64,000 nucleotides of DNA, taken from NCBI GenBank assembly GCA_030390025.1, contig CM059446.1, forward strand, positions 38,378,001 to 38,442,000, in the 5' to 3' direction. Positions 26,301 through 39,325 of the stretch are shown here, one piece after another. A model generated the notes under the pieces. It saw nothing but the letters and a program-made list of their open reading frames with translations. It ran no database searches and was not told the DNA's origin. This DNA comes from Squalus acanthias. Taxonomy: Eukaryota. Numbering within the stretch: the first letter of the stretch is position 1; each line of letters begins with the position of its first letter. The position numbers and the translations under genes are program-made.

Positions 26301-29300
26301 TTTTTCCAGATCTGCCTGGACGCTTGCTTGACTTAGGTGGCTGATATTTGTCTAATATCCAAAAGAACCGATTGCTAACAGATTTGTTTTTTTTCCTCTC
26401 TCTAAAGCGGTTCTTCTAACGCAGTATAACCACATCGAAGCCGACTGCTTCCCTCCCCAATAAATAAATATATCTGTTTTTTTCCTAATCTTCAGATGGG
26501 TATGTGGATCTGTATAAAAGTGGTGAGTACCAATTTCTAATACACAGTTCAAAATAAATCTGTTGATTGTGGCAACGGTTACTCTCTCATTTGCGGCGAT
26601 TCAGGGTGTATTTGTTTGAAAAAAAAAGTTTTAAAAATGATCTCGCCAGGGATATCTAGTGTTGTAAATCAAACCACTATTACACAGCAATTTAGCAATG
26701 AATGAAAAACAAATCTAACTCATTGAAGCACAGGGCAAAGAGGCTTTGGGGTATCTGCGCACACAACGGGCAATCGCTTTAGAATGGGTCTAAGTCCTTT
26801 GGCTTAATTTCTAAGTCGGCGAATTTGTGTTATTTCTTGTTGTATAATCCTAATATTACACAGCCGTGCGATATATGCGACCCATTCACGGTTCGATTGA
26901 ATTTCCGACCGGTGATCGCTATTGCATTTGGAGATACACACACACACACAACTACCCGGAACCGTAAGGGCTGTGGACTAGATTATCAAAATAATCAGAA
27001 CAAGAACCCGAGCTGGATTTAATTTTTTTTAAATATCTAAAATGAACTATAGCAAAACTTTAATTGTTTTAACGGATATTCAATATGCTCCAAAGTAGAG
27101 CATGTGTTGAAATTCAAAACCTGCTTGGTGTCAAAATAATATAGATTAATTAATAAATACAGGTGTTTAAAGAACGATTATGTTTTGATCAAGAAAAGCG
27201 TATCTTCCCTCGATTAAGTAAAAATACATATATATTTATTAAACACATACCAAACGTCATTGCTTGCAATTGTCTTTGTTCAGTGTCCGAAATTATTTGC
27301 ATCGTGATGGGTTCGAGTCTCCTCTGGACACAGGAAGTTGTGAATCTTGGCGGAACTGAGTTGGAAAGTACTGAGTGAGATGAATCTCTCTTTTTTTCTG
27401 GCAGGTGAACTGAAGGAGGGCTCGTCTCCTCCTCACCTGATCTATTTGTCTATTGAAGAGAATCATTCATTTCATCGACCGTCATCTGTTTGCTCGACCG
27501 ATAGTGTAAACTGATTTTTTTTTTAAAAAGACTAGCCTTTGGCGAGAGCGGGAGGCTAACATAAATATTCCGAAACCAGGGAAGTACTTTCGATTTGCAG
27601 TTTAACTTTCGCCCAATCTTTCGGTTAACTTTATGGGGCTATCGATATCGCCGAGCTGGTGAGAGTGCAGTGGAATGCGAGCCGCGCCTTATAAACACCC
27701 CAAGCGACAAGCAGCAGTGCACTGTGCAATTTTGCTCTTTTGCTGTGGTCAGTTCTACAGCTTTTAGTAAAATTGCCAATATATATATATATATACAAAT
27801 TGTAGGGGCGGTGGTGCAAGACCAGAATTACAGAAAATAGTTTAGAATGCATGCATCAGTTGCAAAGCAGAATTACATTGCGTCTGAGTTAGTTTAGCAA
27901 GGACAAGGGGAGAGAAATAATTAAATTGCAGCCTTTCCCCCCTCCCTAAATAATAACTGATTTGTGTGGTTACTGGAGTTTAGAGAACTTTTTGTCAAAG
28001 TTAATATATGTGTTTTTTATTTCTTCTATAAAGTTGTTTCAGGTTCAGAGTACAAAGGTGACCATTTCCCCCAACGCTGAAGCGCCCCCTCCCCAATCAA
28101 CAGAAGAGCTAATAATATTACTTTGAGGTTTTGAGATGAACTGTTGATATAGAATGTGGTTTGTACCCAGTGTAAAATTATCTGCGCGTTTTCGAAAGGG
28201 TATCTGTAGCTTGTGGAGAATCCCCCCAGCCTCAGGCCTTTGTCTTGGCAGAGTTGAGAGGGGATTGTGTGTGAATCGTGTGAAAAGGACGGCCAGGGTC
28301 GCTTCAGATCGATTTTTATTTGTCCCCTCTGTCTTTTCGGATCAGCGCCTTTCAATGGACACATAGGCGCTCTTTCAAGAGAAAAATCTTGTGCAACATT
28401 TCTGGCCTGATTGCAGCTAAATACTGCTCACCCTCCGGATTCTGGGGTAGGAATCTGCCGCAATTAAATCATTAAGTATATGTGCACTTCCAAATCTTGC
28501 CAGTATTAGCCGCTCCACCACTTTTCCATACAGCCATTTCTAATGGCACAATAGATATAAGAACCTAAACAAGACATAGACATTTCTACTGACACTATAT
28601 ATATCAATAAAATACGTCGTCTGTCCAGCGGCGATTTCTTCAATGATTTTGTGTTTTATAAAGAACAAATCTACAAGTAAAATGGCCAAACGAGGGAGAA
28701 CAATTTAAAATGCATTTGAACATAAACCATGCAAACCCTTATAACCTATACATAAGCCTAATTTTAATTGTTAATGATGTGAGCACTGGAGATTTTCTAG
28801 GTGTTTAATGTCTACAGACTAAACCCAGTCAGATGTCCATATATAGCACACAATTTCTTAAAAGACCTGACGTGGTTAAATTGTGAGGAGGCTGATTAAT
28901 AAGTGAAGCAATTTCTACGCCAAGCTGTCATTTGTTCAATTAGAAAAAAAAACCGGTTCGTTTTAGTTTCACTCATTTAAAATATTATATTGAGAAATAC
29001 TTTTTTAAAAGCTGACAGTCTAGGGGAGTATGCTCAACATGTAAGGGAATAATATTGTGACCTATTTGCGAAAGATAGAAGAATCATAATGATCAAATGT
29101 ATTATCAACGCCCTGGTCTTGACAATAAAATATAGTTAACAGTGCTGCCTTACAGTTCAAAAGAAAATGTTGATTTCTAAGTTCAATTTCAGCAAGAGTT
29201 CCCAGTCAAATAATGAGATGTGCGAATTCTACGACACCTGCACGTTTCAATGCTGAAATATTAATTTTCTTAGAAAAATACAGCTTTAAAAGACGAGATA

Positions 29301-32300
29301 TAAGAGTGTTGGAGATAAACACTGCACAACTCATGGATTGTCGGACATATAGTCTTTTGAATGCATGGCACCACAAAAATTCAGGTTAGCATCAATACTT
29401 GTGCTGGATAAAGCTATTAAGTAGTTATGCACAGTGCAGCCTTAATAAGATTCATTCAGTTTTCTGAATGGAAAGTTGATGATAACAAGGCGACCAGCTT
29501 ATTAAGAATGGTGTCGCATTAAAGGGATACTGGGCGTGACTCAGAGGTTGAGGCAAGATGAAATGGGTCTTAACAGAAGAGCAGATAGGGAAAGAACGAA
29601 AAGAGGCTTGAAAGGTACACCAGAGAGAGCTGGAGACAGTAGTTGTCTACAGATTACAGCACGCCGCCTATTGGGTCCTGTATCGATTGGGAGGGAAGGT
29701 GAAGATGTCACCACACTAAATATTTACTGATCACACACAAATAACACGGGCATATCGATTGTTTTTTTCGCTGGTGAGCACGGTGCAAAGGGGTAAATCA
29801 TTGTGTGTAAAGAGAGAGGCTTTAAAGGCATGTTTCAGATGTGGGGATAACAGGATAGAAAGAGGTGCGAAAATCGATAGACACTGATTAGGAGGCGATT
29901 TCTGACAGTGGGGAAAAGTGCAATGCTAAGGATGAAAGGGCTGTAATATAAAATTATGGAAAAGGAATAGAGGGAGAGAGCGAGGAGAAGATATCCGTGG
30001 AAGCTTCAGTGAACTGGATATCATCTGGCATTTGACTTAAGTGTTAATAGAAAAAGGAAAGGAAAAAGTGCCAAAGAATGGAGGTATAATGCAGGCTACA
30101 TACCCCTATATCAATACAGTATATCCATACATTCCAATGCATGGACACACAGATAAATACTAGGTGTCACAACATTGATGTAAATAGATAGACTTAAAAA
30201 AAACTGCAGGGATGCCGAAGCAAAGCTGCATGTTAACATTTTAAACAAATTAAGCTTTCATCTATATTTAGCTGTAAAGCTGCATAGAAGCGAAAAGGCA
30301 AACTGCATCCCGAGGTATCTGGGAAAGTCTAATTAGCGATTTGCAGAGTGTCATCTCCTGTTTTGCACTCCCTGGAGATAAACTGCGAGCTGCAGGTGGA
30401 GAGGATGGTAGTGTGAGACAGAGACAGAGAGAGAGAGAGAGGAAGACATGCGTTCACCCTCACCTTCCAACCAAAATCCCGCACTCCAAGCCCAAGATGG
30501 GCGCCTCTGACCCGAGGTCTCACGGTGCTGCCCTGATTAACCCGTACCGGCCCAAGATATAGCAAAGGTTAACCAGGCTAATGAACACGTAAAGAAAAGA
30601 AAAATCTGATCGAGTTTGAAGGCTAGGCGGCAAGATTTAGAGCAGTCGGGAATGCTGTTAGAAACTGACTGATGTTTCGTTGGCTTCATAGTAGAGAATC
30701 AAAATTGTTCCCCTGTGCTAAACTTCTCTGAGGTATGGTGTAATGCGAAGATATCAGAACATATAGGATTAAATGACAAGGCAAGTTTTAAACTGGAGAC
30801 AGATCGGGGCTATTAGGATTTCAGTAATAGTTTATCGTGCTTGAGTTCTTGTGAGATCCCTCGTTATTAAAGTTGTTGATGTTTTAGCATGCATTATTTT
30901 AGTAATCATTGCCTTTTCAAGAAAGTCCTATTGTCTTTCCCTACTGATTGCCCATGTATACATAGATTAAAAGTTAGAATCCGCACATGTTGCGACCTGC
31001 TTCCCCCAACATACACGACAATTGGTAACAGGTATAGATTTCTTAATTCAAGTCCATTTTGAACGCTTTTTTTTTTAACCCGATCAAACTTGCGACGCAC
31101 TTTGCATTCATGTACGCTGCACCATAAATGATGTTGAAAGGGTAGCAAGGAAATGTGATCGATAACCACAGCCACAAGAAACAAACAGTAAACACCAGCT
31201 GTCAACAGGGGGTGTCAGAAAGATGATTTGCGGCGGGAAAAAAAAGTAAAAGTTTGGTTAACAAAGTGATGGATATTGGGAGGACTGAGTCTAGGGTTAG
31301 AAGAGGAGAGCAAATAGAATTTAATAAAGGTATTTGTGTAGTGGATGTGTGTCCAGGCTGTTCCTGTCTCGACAATGACAACACGCATATTTAGTTCGAG
31401 TTGCGAGAATCAATGAAATAAACTTTTTTTAAAACTACTACGAAAATCCCTTTTTTTTAAACTTTCCTAGTTGCTTCCAAACTGCTGCAGACACGATTTG
31501 TGTTACCGATGTAAACCAATTTGTCACTGTCCGCTTTAATTATTGGGGAATCGCCAGGGTTCTGCAGCCTTCCCTCTAATATTAAAGGTTTCACTCGCGT
31601 CCCCGGATAGCCTTTCACCACACAACTTCCCACATCTCTTGATTTCGGCGTTCCCTCACGCAACTTTTCCTAAACGCAAGTTTGTTCTAAAGGAGGGTTC
31701 AAATCTCAATAAAGTATTACAGCAAATTATCAGTCTCTCTCTCTCTCTCCCCACCTCTCCATTCTCAACAAGACCGCCGTAATGCAGAATGCGGCATTAG
31801 CTTGGCATCACTTTCCCCTCCTATTTACTAGTCAATCAGTAGGAGTTTGTCCTCTTGTTTGCAACTCGTTCCAATTCATGTTTATGATAACTGAGCATTG
31901 TATTGAAATATGATTAAACTGTGCTTATTTTGCTATATGTTAAAGATGAATAGATACACCAGCCTTTTACTTTTAATTCAGGTTTACTAATAATTGACGG
32001 TTCTGGGGCAGTCTCTTTTTTTAAGCAAAGTACCATATTGTTTATTCAAGGTGTAGGAAGCATGCAGTGCCCGATTTCACCTGCTGTCTGTCTTGTCTTT
32101 CTCTCTGAAGTCAGATCAGTACTCGTTTTAACTTTCATTAATCACCGACTTGGATGATGCTTTAACTTTCGCGTTTCTTTTATTGTTTTTCACATTTCTC
32201 CCATAAACACTTTGTTGTTCATTTAAAGGTGCAGGTTACACTCGCTTTTTTTCTCTCTTTCCCCCTTCTCTATCTGTCTTTGTGCCCCCAGGGCCAATCT

Positions 32301-35300
32301 GAGAACATGCAGCCAGTAGATTGCTTTCAGAGGCAGGCTCTGCGATGATGGATTGCCATGTCAATTTAACCGGCAAAGGATTAATTTGTTTCAATGATTT
32401 CTCTTTAGGCAGAACGCCAGCATTTTTCTATCTCTTCCTTTCCCCTTCCCTCTCCTCTTTACAACCAAAGTAGATGTAGTTTGTAAGGGTGATAATAGTA
32501 AGAGATAAGTGTGACTCTGCCGTGGCGTGACATTGCAATAGGGTTACACAGTGATTTTCTATCTCCTTAAAATGACTGCAAGCTATCTGATCAGAACTTT
32601 ACAATCAAATTTATTATGTCTATGGGTGCTTGTTTATAATTCACCACAAAAACAGTTTTTGTATACCGCCTTTTTCTAACACTATTAAAATGCCAAATCC
32701 AAAATCAGTCATTTCAAAGTTTTGTATATACATTTTATATGCAAAATATTTTGGAAGAAGTATTTAACCAGAATGGATTATAGACATATCATTACACAGT
32801 ATGAGCAACCGGAACAATATTATGATACGCCCAATTTTTTTTATCAAGCCCCAATTTTGTTCTTTAAAAGATAATGGTCCAAATGTTCTGTTACCTTACA
32901 TGACTGGCTATTAGCAAGCTCTCTCCCCCCCCCCCCCCCCGCCCCCATCCTGCCCTAATGCATGTAACTTGATAACTTGATTCCATTGCACACAATTACT
33001 TGCTGAAATCTGGTTTCTTCCTAATTATTGCAGTTAATGAGCTTTTATTATTGTTGTTCCTCAACGCAGGAACAACTGATCAACACGGCTCCATAACGCA
33101 TATAGATAAGTTTTGCTGATGTATTTTCTATACTGCTGTGCACATCGAGTGGCCTAGTCTGAGGAGACCCCTCCCCTTTGATTGGCATTTATATTACACA
33201 AAACATTTCCGTGGAAGATATGAAAGTATTGATCAATTGGAAATTAAATAGGTTTGGTATTCGATTTTATTTATGCTCTCACTGGAACTGTGCAGGCGGA
33301 GTAGCCTAGCCTGCAAGCTCCCTTCTGCCCTTCTAGATGACAATTTAGATGTTAGCAGATCACATGACACAAATAGCTGTAGACTCCTATCGAAAACTTG
33401 GTGAAGAAGATTAATAGGACTCGTCAGAGCTATGAAAGCACAGCTTTGCAGTAAATTTATGCTCCAGGAAGATAAATTGCTGATGAAGATTTTAGTTATC
33501 AAACATCTCCAGTCCTCGGATACTAGATTTAATTAGTATTTTTTCTCTCTCCAAAAATCTGAAATTATGTTGTGCACGAATCAGCTTCGTAAGATAATTA
33601 AAACATATATGTTTCAAATGTAGCTATTTCTGACTTTTTTTCGGGCAAACCTTGCATTTATGTCTAATGGATAAACTGCCTCCCCCTTCCTACGTTGCTT
33701 TCTTTGAAATATTATGCTTACCCTTTAATTCTAAGCGAGCATTATTCAAATCGCTGATTTATGATCAATAGCAGCCGACAGAAATGTGTGTACTATTTAA
33801 CTACCTCCTTCTCCAGTGATGGAAATAGCTGTAAGGAGAAAGTATAACATATCCTTCATGCCAAGAGTTTAGGGACCACAATAAAGGCCGGCGGTAAAGT
33901 GTGTAATAGAATAATAACTTTGCATATGCATTGTGAGAATCGATGCTTTCACAAAAGTAGCTGTCACCTTACGCAGAGCCACTCCATCACAGCCGTTCAC
34001 CAGGGTACCTGTCTCAGAATTTGCAGTTCAGGTCCCGATCAAATTTCCTGTACTTTGAGCATTTTGACATTGCAAGACAATTAGAATGACCAGAGATCGC
34101 CGTGTGAAATTTAAAGTGGGGGCGTTGGGGAGCTGGGGCTGTGGGGGTGGGGGGGGGGGGGGGCGCTGCAGGCGTAAGTCAGTTGGCGAATGTATGACTT
34201 GGGGAGAGAAAAAGGAACGTTCCTTTCATGTAGTTGTGTTGTGAATTTAGTATTGATTCGCTGACAGGCAGTGATGTGCATTTGAGAATCTGTTAGAAAC
34301 TGCTGCTTTAAGATCCCGTTTGTTCTGCCCTCCAACTTTGAATCAAACTCCATAACTGTTGATTTAGCAAGTGAATAGACTAGAAAAAACAACACGCAAA
34401 GTTAAACTACAGTTGCATTTAACACATGATTTCACCTCAAAACATTTTTTGCGCCTTTTTACATATTCCGATTGTGCACACGTAGAATAAATTGTATCTC
34501 ATCTGTTTGGAATAGTGATTAAAATAGGAAAGATGACAGCCTGTGCGAATGTGGAGCTTTATTTCTTAATAGAAAGCTTTGAATAAATGTAATTTGTATT
34601 GCTGTGACTTTGGCACAAAATACTATATAGCAGAGAAGGATTACTTAACAGTACTCTTATTCATTATACACAAATCTGGGACTTCATTGCGAATTGGACA
34701 TTGAATGCAGTTTTTTTTTCCAAATATGTTGATTCAAATATCATTTTGACTATGTCTCATTTAAACCTGGAACATGCATCTTTTTCTCTGCCAATTAGCT
34801 GTTACATTCGTGACTATTATGACCGACGCTGGAAAGAAGCAAATGCATTTGATAAGAGTGAGGAATGTTTTAGAGTTATTAAAATATTAAAAGTTGGCAA
34901 GGTATCCTTTATAGAGCAGGCTTCCTTTACAGTGAGCAGTATTCGACCAACTCCTTTAACCCACAGTGTACTCTATCCTCATTTGAAATGAAAAATGTAA
35001 TATGTTACCAGAAGCATATAAAATAACAATCTTTTGTTAAAAAGAGAGATTTCAAACCATTGTTATATTTGGGTGGAGGAAAACGCATTATAGTTAATTT
35101 TATTAAGACAATCTTCTGCCAATTTATAACACATTTAAAATAAATACCTACGAATAACAAATGTAAATGCATTGGCTGCAAACTGTAAAATGTACTGCTA
35201 AATTGCTGAATTCCAATTATGAATCCCTCAGTCACGTTTTTACACATATATCCCTGTAGCAGGTGCAATGCAAGCTCCAGACTTAGATCTATGAGGGTGC

Positions 35301-36500
35301 CTAAAAGGAGGCATATAAACCCAGGAAAGGTGTCCCACGTGAGTTTTGTGGCGCTTTATTGTAATAAAGATAAATTTATCTTCACAATTATCCTATAATG
35401 AACCATAAAATTGTGAGATGATGGAATCTACTATAAAATAAACACTGGGCTTTCAAACTAATCACATTTCTTTATTTCTTTTCAGGATTGTGTGCCCGAT
35501 TCCCCGAAGAAGATTAGCCATTCTAAACTGCACAACGCCTGGTTAAAATGTCACCTGTATTTTCCTAGCAAACCCACAGTTTTTCACCTATTTAATCAAA
35601 TCTGACGGTAGTCTGATTATTTCCGAAACTACACAACGTGTTTCCACCATTCTAACCATCGACTTCCTGTCCCATCTCAGACTCTCTGACCAACCTGAGT
35701 CAATATAGATACAGTAATGAAACTGGTCATACTCCATAAACTGACCCATTTTCTTACATAAAACATTAGAGGATATCGCCCCTGTGAAATTTCCTTTCCA
35801 TTTTTATCTAGGCAAGGTGGGGCAATGTCAATTTGTCACTAGAGGCAGAAGATTCAATATGTTCTCCTCTTAAATTGTCGAACTTCAGTTAGGAAATTTC
35901 ACTCATGGGATAGTCTAATTATTATCCAATCCTTTTTACATTTGAAAGGCACGTGCTTAACCATCGTAACTGTTATAGCAATACTGAATTTAAACTGGTT
36001 TAACATGTCCATAGTCATAGACCAAATTACAAACCTAATGCTCCCTGGCCATATCTCAGTGCATACATCTGCAAAACCTATGACAGTTAACTTTCCAATT
36101 GAATTTCCCATATGCATTAGTGTGTGAAATAACAGGTTTGTTTACAATTAGCATACAATGAAGAGGATGATTGTTTAACTTATAGTCAAATATTCATTTT
36201 ATTTAACGAAGTAAAAAGCATGAATTCTGAAATACTTATATTACTTGCAAAGCTGCATCATTATGTCTAATAGCTTGCAATAATGTTTTCCATGAGTTTT
36301 GAAAATAGTGGAAAGTGCAGCACCTCCTGCAAAGAAGGTAATGTTTCCATTTCAACAATAATCCTTTGTAGCTAAAGTATATGTACAGGTTATGTAAAAG
36401 CAAAATGTGAAATAACACGTTATATATAATCAGAACCCATGATTAAAGTTGAGTGAATTGCATGGGTAATGCTTCCCAACAAAATATAAACATGCATATC

Positions 36501-36658
36501 TATATTACATATACATACATTTGTACATACATACATACGTATAAATATATACACGCACATATATAGATACATACACACAAACATACACATATATTATATA
36601 TATACCTATATATACATACATACACACTTATACATACACATATATATATACATATATG
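36501..36658. repeat. Degenerate (TA)/(TACA)n low-complexity tract
   Basis: Read directly; lies close to the CpG-density transition. Confidence 0.9.
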
Positions 36659-37799
36659 AAATGATCGGTGTTGTGAACACTGGCTATGTAGAACAACATG
36701 GCTCTTAACCAAATTGAAAGATCCTGAGCTCTATTGTTGTGCAATTTTTGGACAGTACAATAGAGCCCAAGACCAGTAGCATGTGTTGAGAACAAAGTCT
36801 ATTCTACGTGGCTGCTGATCATAATATTCTAACACTTTGATTTAAGTTGCACATCTTACGCTTTGCAGTTCTGAACACTCATGAAGACCAGCCCATCAGT
36901 AATCAGCCTGCTCTTCATGAGTGTTTCTGCCAGAATTCCATTAGGAACAAAGCTAAGTGAAGAGATATCAGTTGATATTTCACTGAAGAAACATCCTCGC
37001 TCATGGTATAATCAGTAATTAAAATTATAGTTTAAGCACACCTCATTTCTACTGAGATTTCTTATGCAAAGTATATTTTCAACATTTCAAAAGCTATTCA
37101 GAAACCCATCTGACTTGGCTCTTCAATATAAACTAACAAAAAATGATTTATCTTGAATAGTTCTATAAAACACAGAAGTAGCTTTATTACATATCAGTTG
37201 AGCCAGTTTCTATCTCTGTCTATAGATTAGTGAAAATCTGTTTAAATCCTTAGTGAACACACAATGAGAAATTCAATACACCCTCGTATATATCTTGGCA
37301 TATTCTGGAATGTAAATAGATGCCATCACTATTGGAGAAAGAAACAGTAAATATCAAAGAAAATGTTTGGGGTTTTTAACACAAAACACATTTTGAATGT
37401 TCAGCATTGACTTCAATCCAGCTGGGTCTGCTTGTTCATTTTACCAGATGCTCCAGTATATGTTTCTGGGGCTTCTTGTTATCCCCCAGTTTGTTTAACA
37501 TATGGTCTTTGATGCCATTCATCTTTATTTTGTATTCTTTGTACATCTTGGAATCATCAAATGACATGTCACAGACATATTGGTTTTTGCATATGCTTTT
37601 GACCTCAGTCCCAATCCTTTTCTTGTTTCAGACTCCTAGACATTTACAGTGTCCATCAGCCCACTGTAATGGCCATCACATTCATCATGGGCAAGACCTC
37701 AGAAAGAAGCCCCTGGGAAATGTTCAGAAACATATCCTCCAGTTATTTTGTGATCATGAATCACAAAACTTTCGGTCCTGGAACGCTTTCCATTTCAGG

Positions 37800-38496
37800 G
37801 ACCAGCGTCAGCACCAAGCACTTTCAGGTCAATGCGTTGAGATAGAGAATAAAGCTTCCTATAGTCTTCCCAATCATGTGCCTCAGCCCCAATTTAGAAG
37901 AGCACTTCCAATTACACCAGTGTGACATTTTCCCACTTGCCACAGTATCCATCCTGTGGCCTCTCTAAACAAGACTGGCAACTTCATACCAATAGTACAA
38001 AATTTTGACAGTTTTGTGTTGTGGGTCCATGGCCACTGGGAATCAGCTCAAATGCTTTTTCACATAGGATTTTTACAACAATAACTAGTTGAATTAATAC
38101 AGTGCCTTTAAAGTGTAAAACATCCCAAAGCGCTTCAGAGGAAGGTTGTCAGATAAAATTAGACACCGAGCCATATAGACATATTAGGACAGGTGACCAA
38201 AAGCTTGGTCAAAGAGATAGGTTTCATGGAACGACTTAAAGGAGGAGAGGTAGAGAGGCGGAGAGGTTTATGGAGCGAATTACAGAGCTTAGGGCCTAGA
38301 CAGCTGAAGGCATGGCCACCAATGGTGGGGCGAAGGAAGAGGCCAGAATTGGAGGAATGCAGAATTCTGGGAGGAATGCAGGGTTCTGGGAGGAGTTGAT
38401 AGGCAAATGATAAACAGAACTTTCATCTGATCAGTCTGGGCTGGATTTAAAACCAAATGAAATGTTATTGTCCAATGCAATTTCAATTCCGTCCCC
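37800..38496 (-). mobile_element. Degenerate LF-SINE-like tRNA-derived SINE, interrupted by an L2 fragment
   Basis: Collinear minus-strand blocks GGGGAC..GGAATTG, AATCCAGCCCAG..GAAAGT, CCTATGTGAAA, TTCCCAGTGG..CCACAACACAAAAC, AGAGAGGCCACAGGAT, GGGCTGAGGCACAT match the LF-SINE consensus as recalled. Confidence 0.6.
38075..38398 (-). mobile_element. 5'-truncated L2-clade LINE 3' end
   Basis: Minus strand encodes a PTIGGHAFSCLGPKL-like RT C-terminus and ends in a degraded (GTT)n tail. Homologous to 38988-39325. Confidence 0.8.
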
Positions 38497-38987
38497 AAAT
38501 TATTATTAACGATCAAACGTCCTAATGAAAAGAAGAACATTTTAGCATTAGGATTAAAATATTAAATATTCGTTTTCAAAATAACGTTGCAATAGAAATG
38601 ATTATTTGTAATAAGTGAAGTCATGATTTATTATCAAAAATGATTGCAGCTGCATTTCAGCATCTCAGCCTAGACCAGCACACACTTGATCAATGCCAGG
38701 ATCATTGGGTTCAGTAAGGTGGTGCTTGACAGAAGAAAAAAAAACTTTTTTCTTCAGCTGTGAATAGTAACAGTTCTTAGTCAAGTTTGATGTGATTGCA
38801 AAATAAAAGGTTCCTTTTCATTGAATGATAATAATTCAAACAGGAAAATACTCTTAATTTCAAATGTAGAAAGCTTTTGGTGTATTTTAATTGCAGATGC
38901 CAAGTATACAGAATAGATCCAGAACTGCAAAACACATATCACAACAGAAATCTCTCTCAGGCTTCAGAATGACTCAGAAGAATCTAC

Positions 38988-39325
38988 AACAACAACAACA
39001 ACGTGTATTTATATAGCGCCTTTAACGTAGTAAAACTGCACAGGAGTATTGTAAGCCAAAAAAAAATTGACACCGAGCCACATAAGGATACATTAGGGCC
39101 GGTGACCAAAAGCTTGGTCAAAGAGGTAAGTTTTAAGGAGCGTCTTAAAGGAGGAAAGAGAGGTAGCGAGGCGGAGAGGTTTAGGCAGGGAATTCCAGAG
39201 CTTAGGGCCTAGGCAACAGAAGGCACAGCCACCAAAGGTTGAGCGATTATAATCGGGGATGCTCAGGAGGGCAGAATTAGAGGAGCACAGATATCTCGGT
39301 GGGTTGTGGGGCTGAAGGAGATTAC
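38988..39325 (-). mobile_element. 5'-truncated L2-clade LINE with 9-bp target-site duplication
   Basis: LGPKLWNSLPKPLRL...FKTLLKTYLFDQAF C-terminus; tail AAAGGCGCTATATAAATACAC(GTT)n; AGAATCTAC at 38979-38987 and 39326-39334. Confidence 0.88.

Noticed and set aside
35835-35850. CTCF-like TCACTAGAGGCAG at the CpG border
   Set aside because: Needs a gap in the core motif to fit; too weak without ChIP data.
37407-37925. 172-aa plus-strand ORF
   Set aside because: TTG start, no recognisable homology, and the 3' part is antisense to the LF-SINE-like relic.
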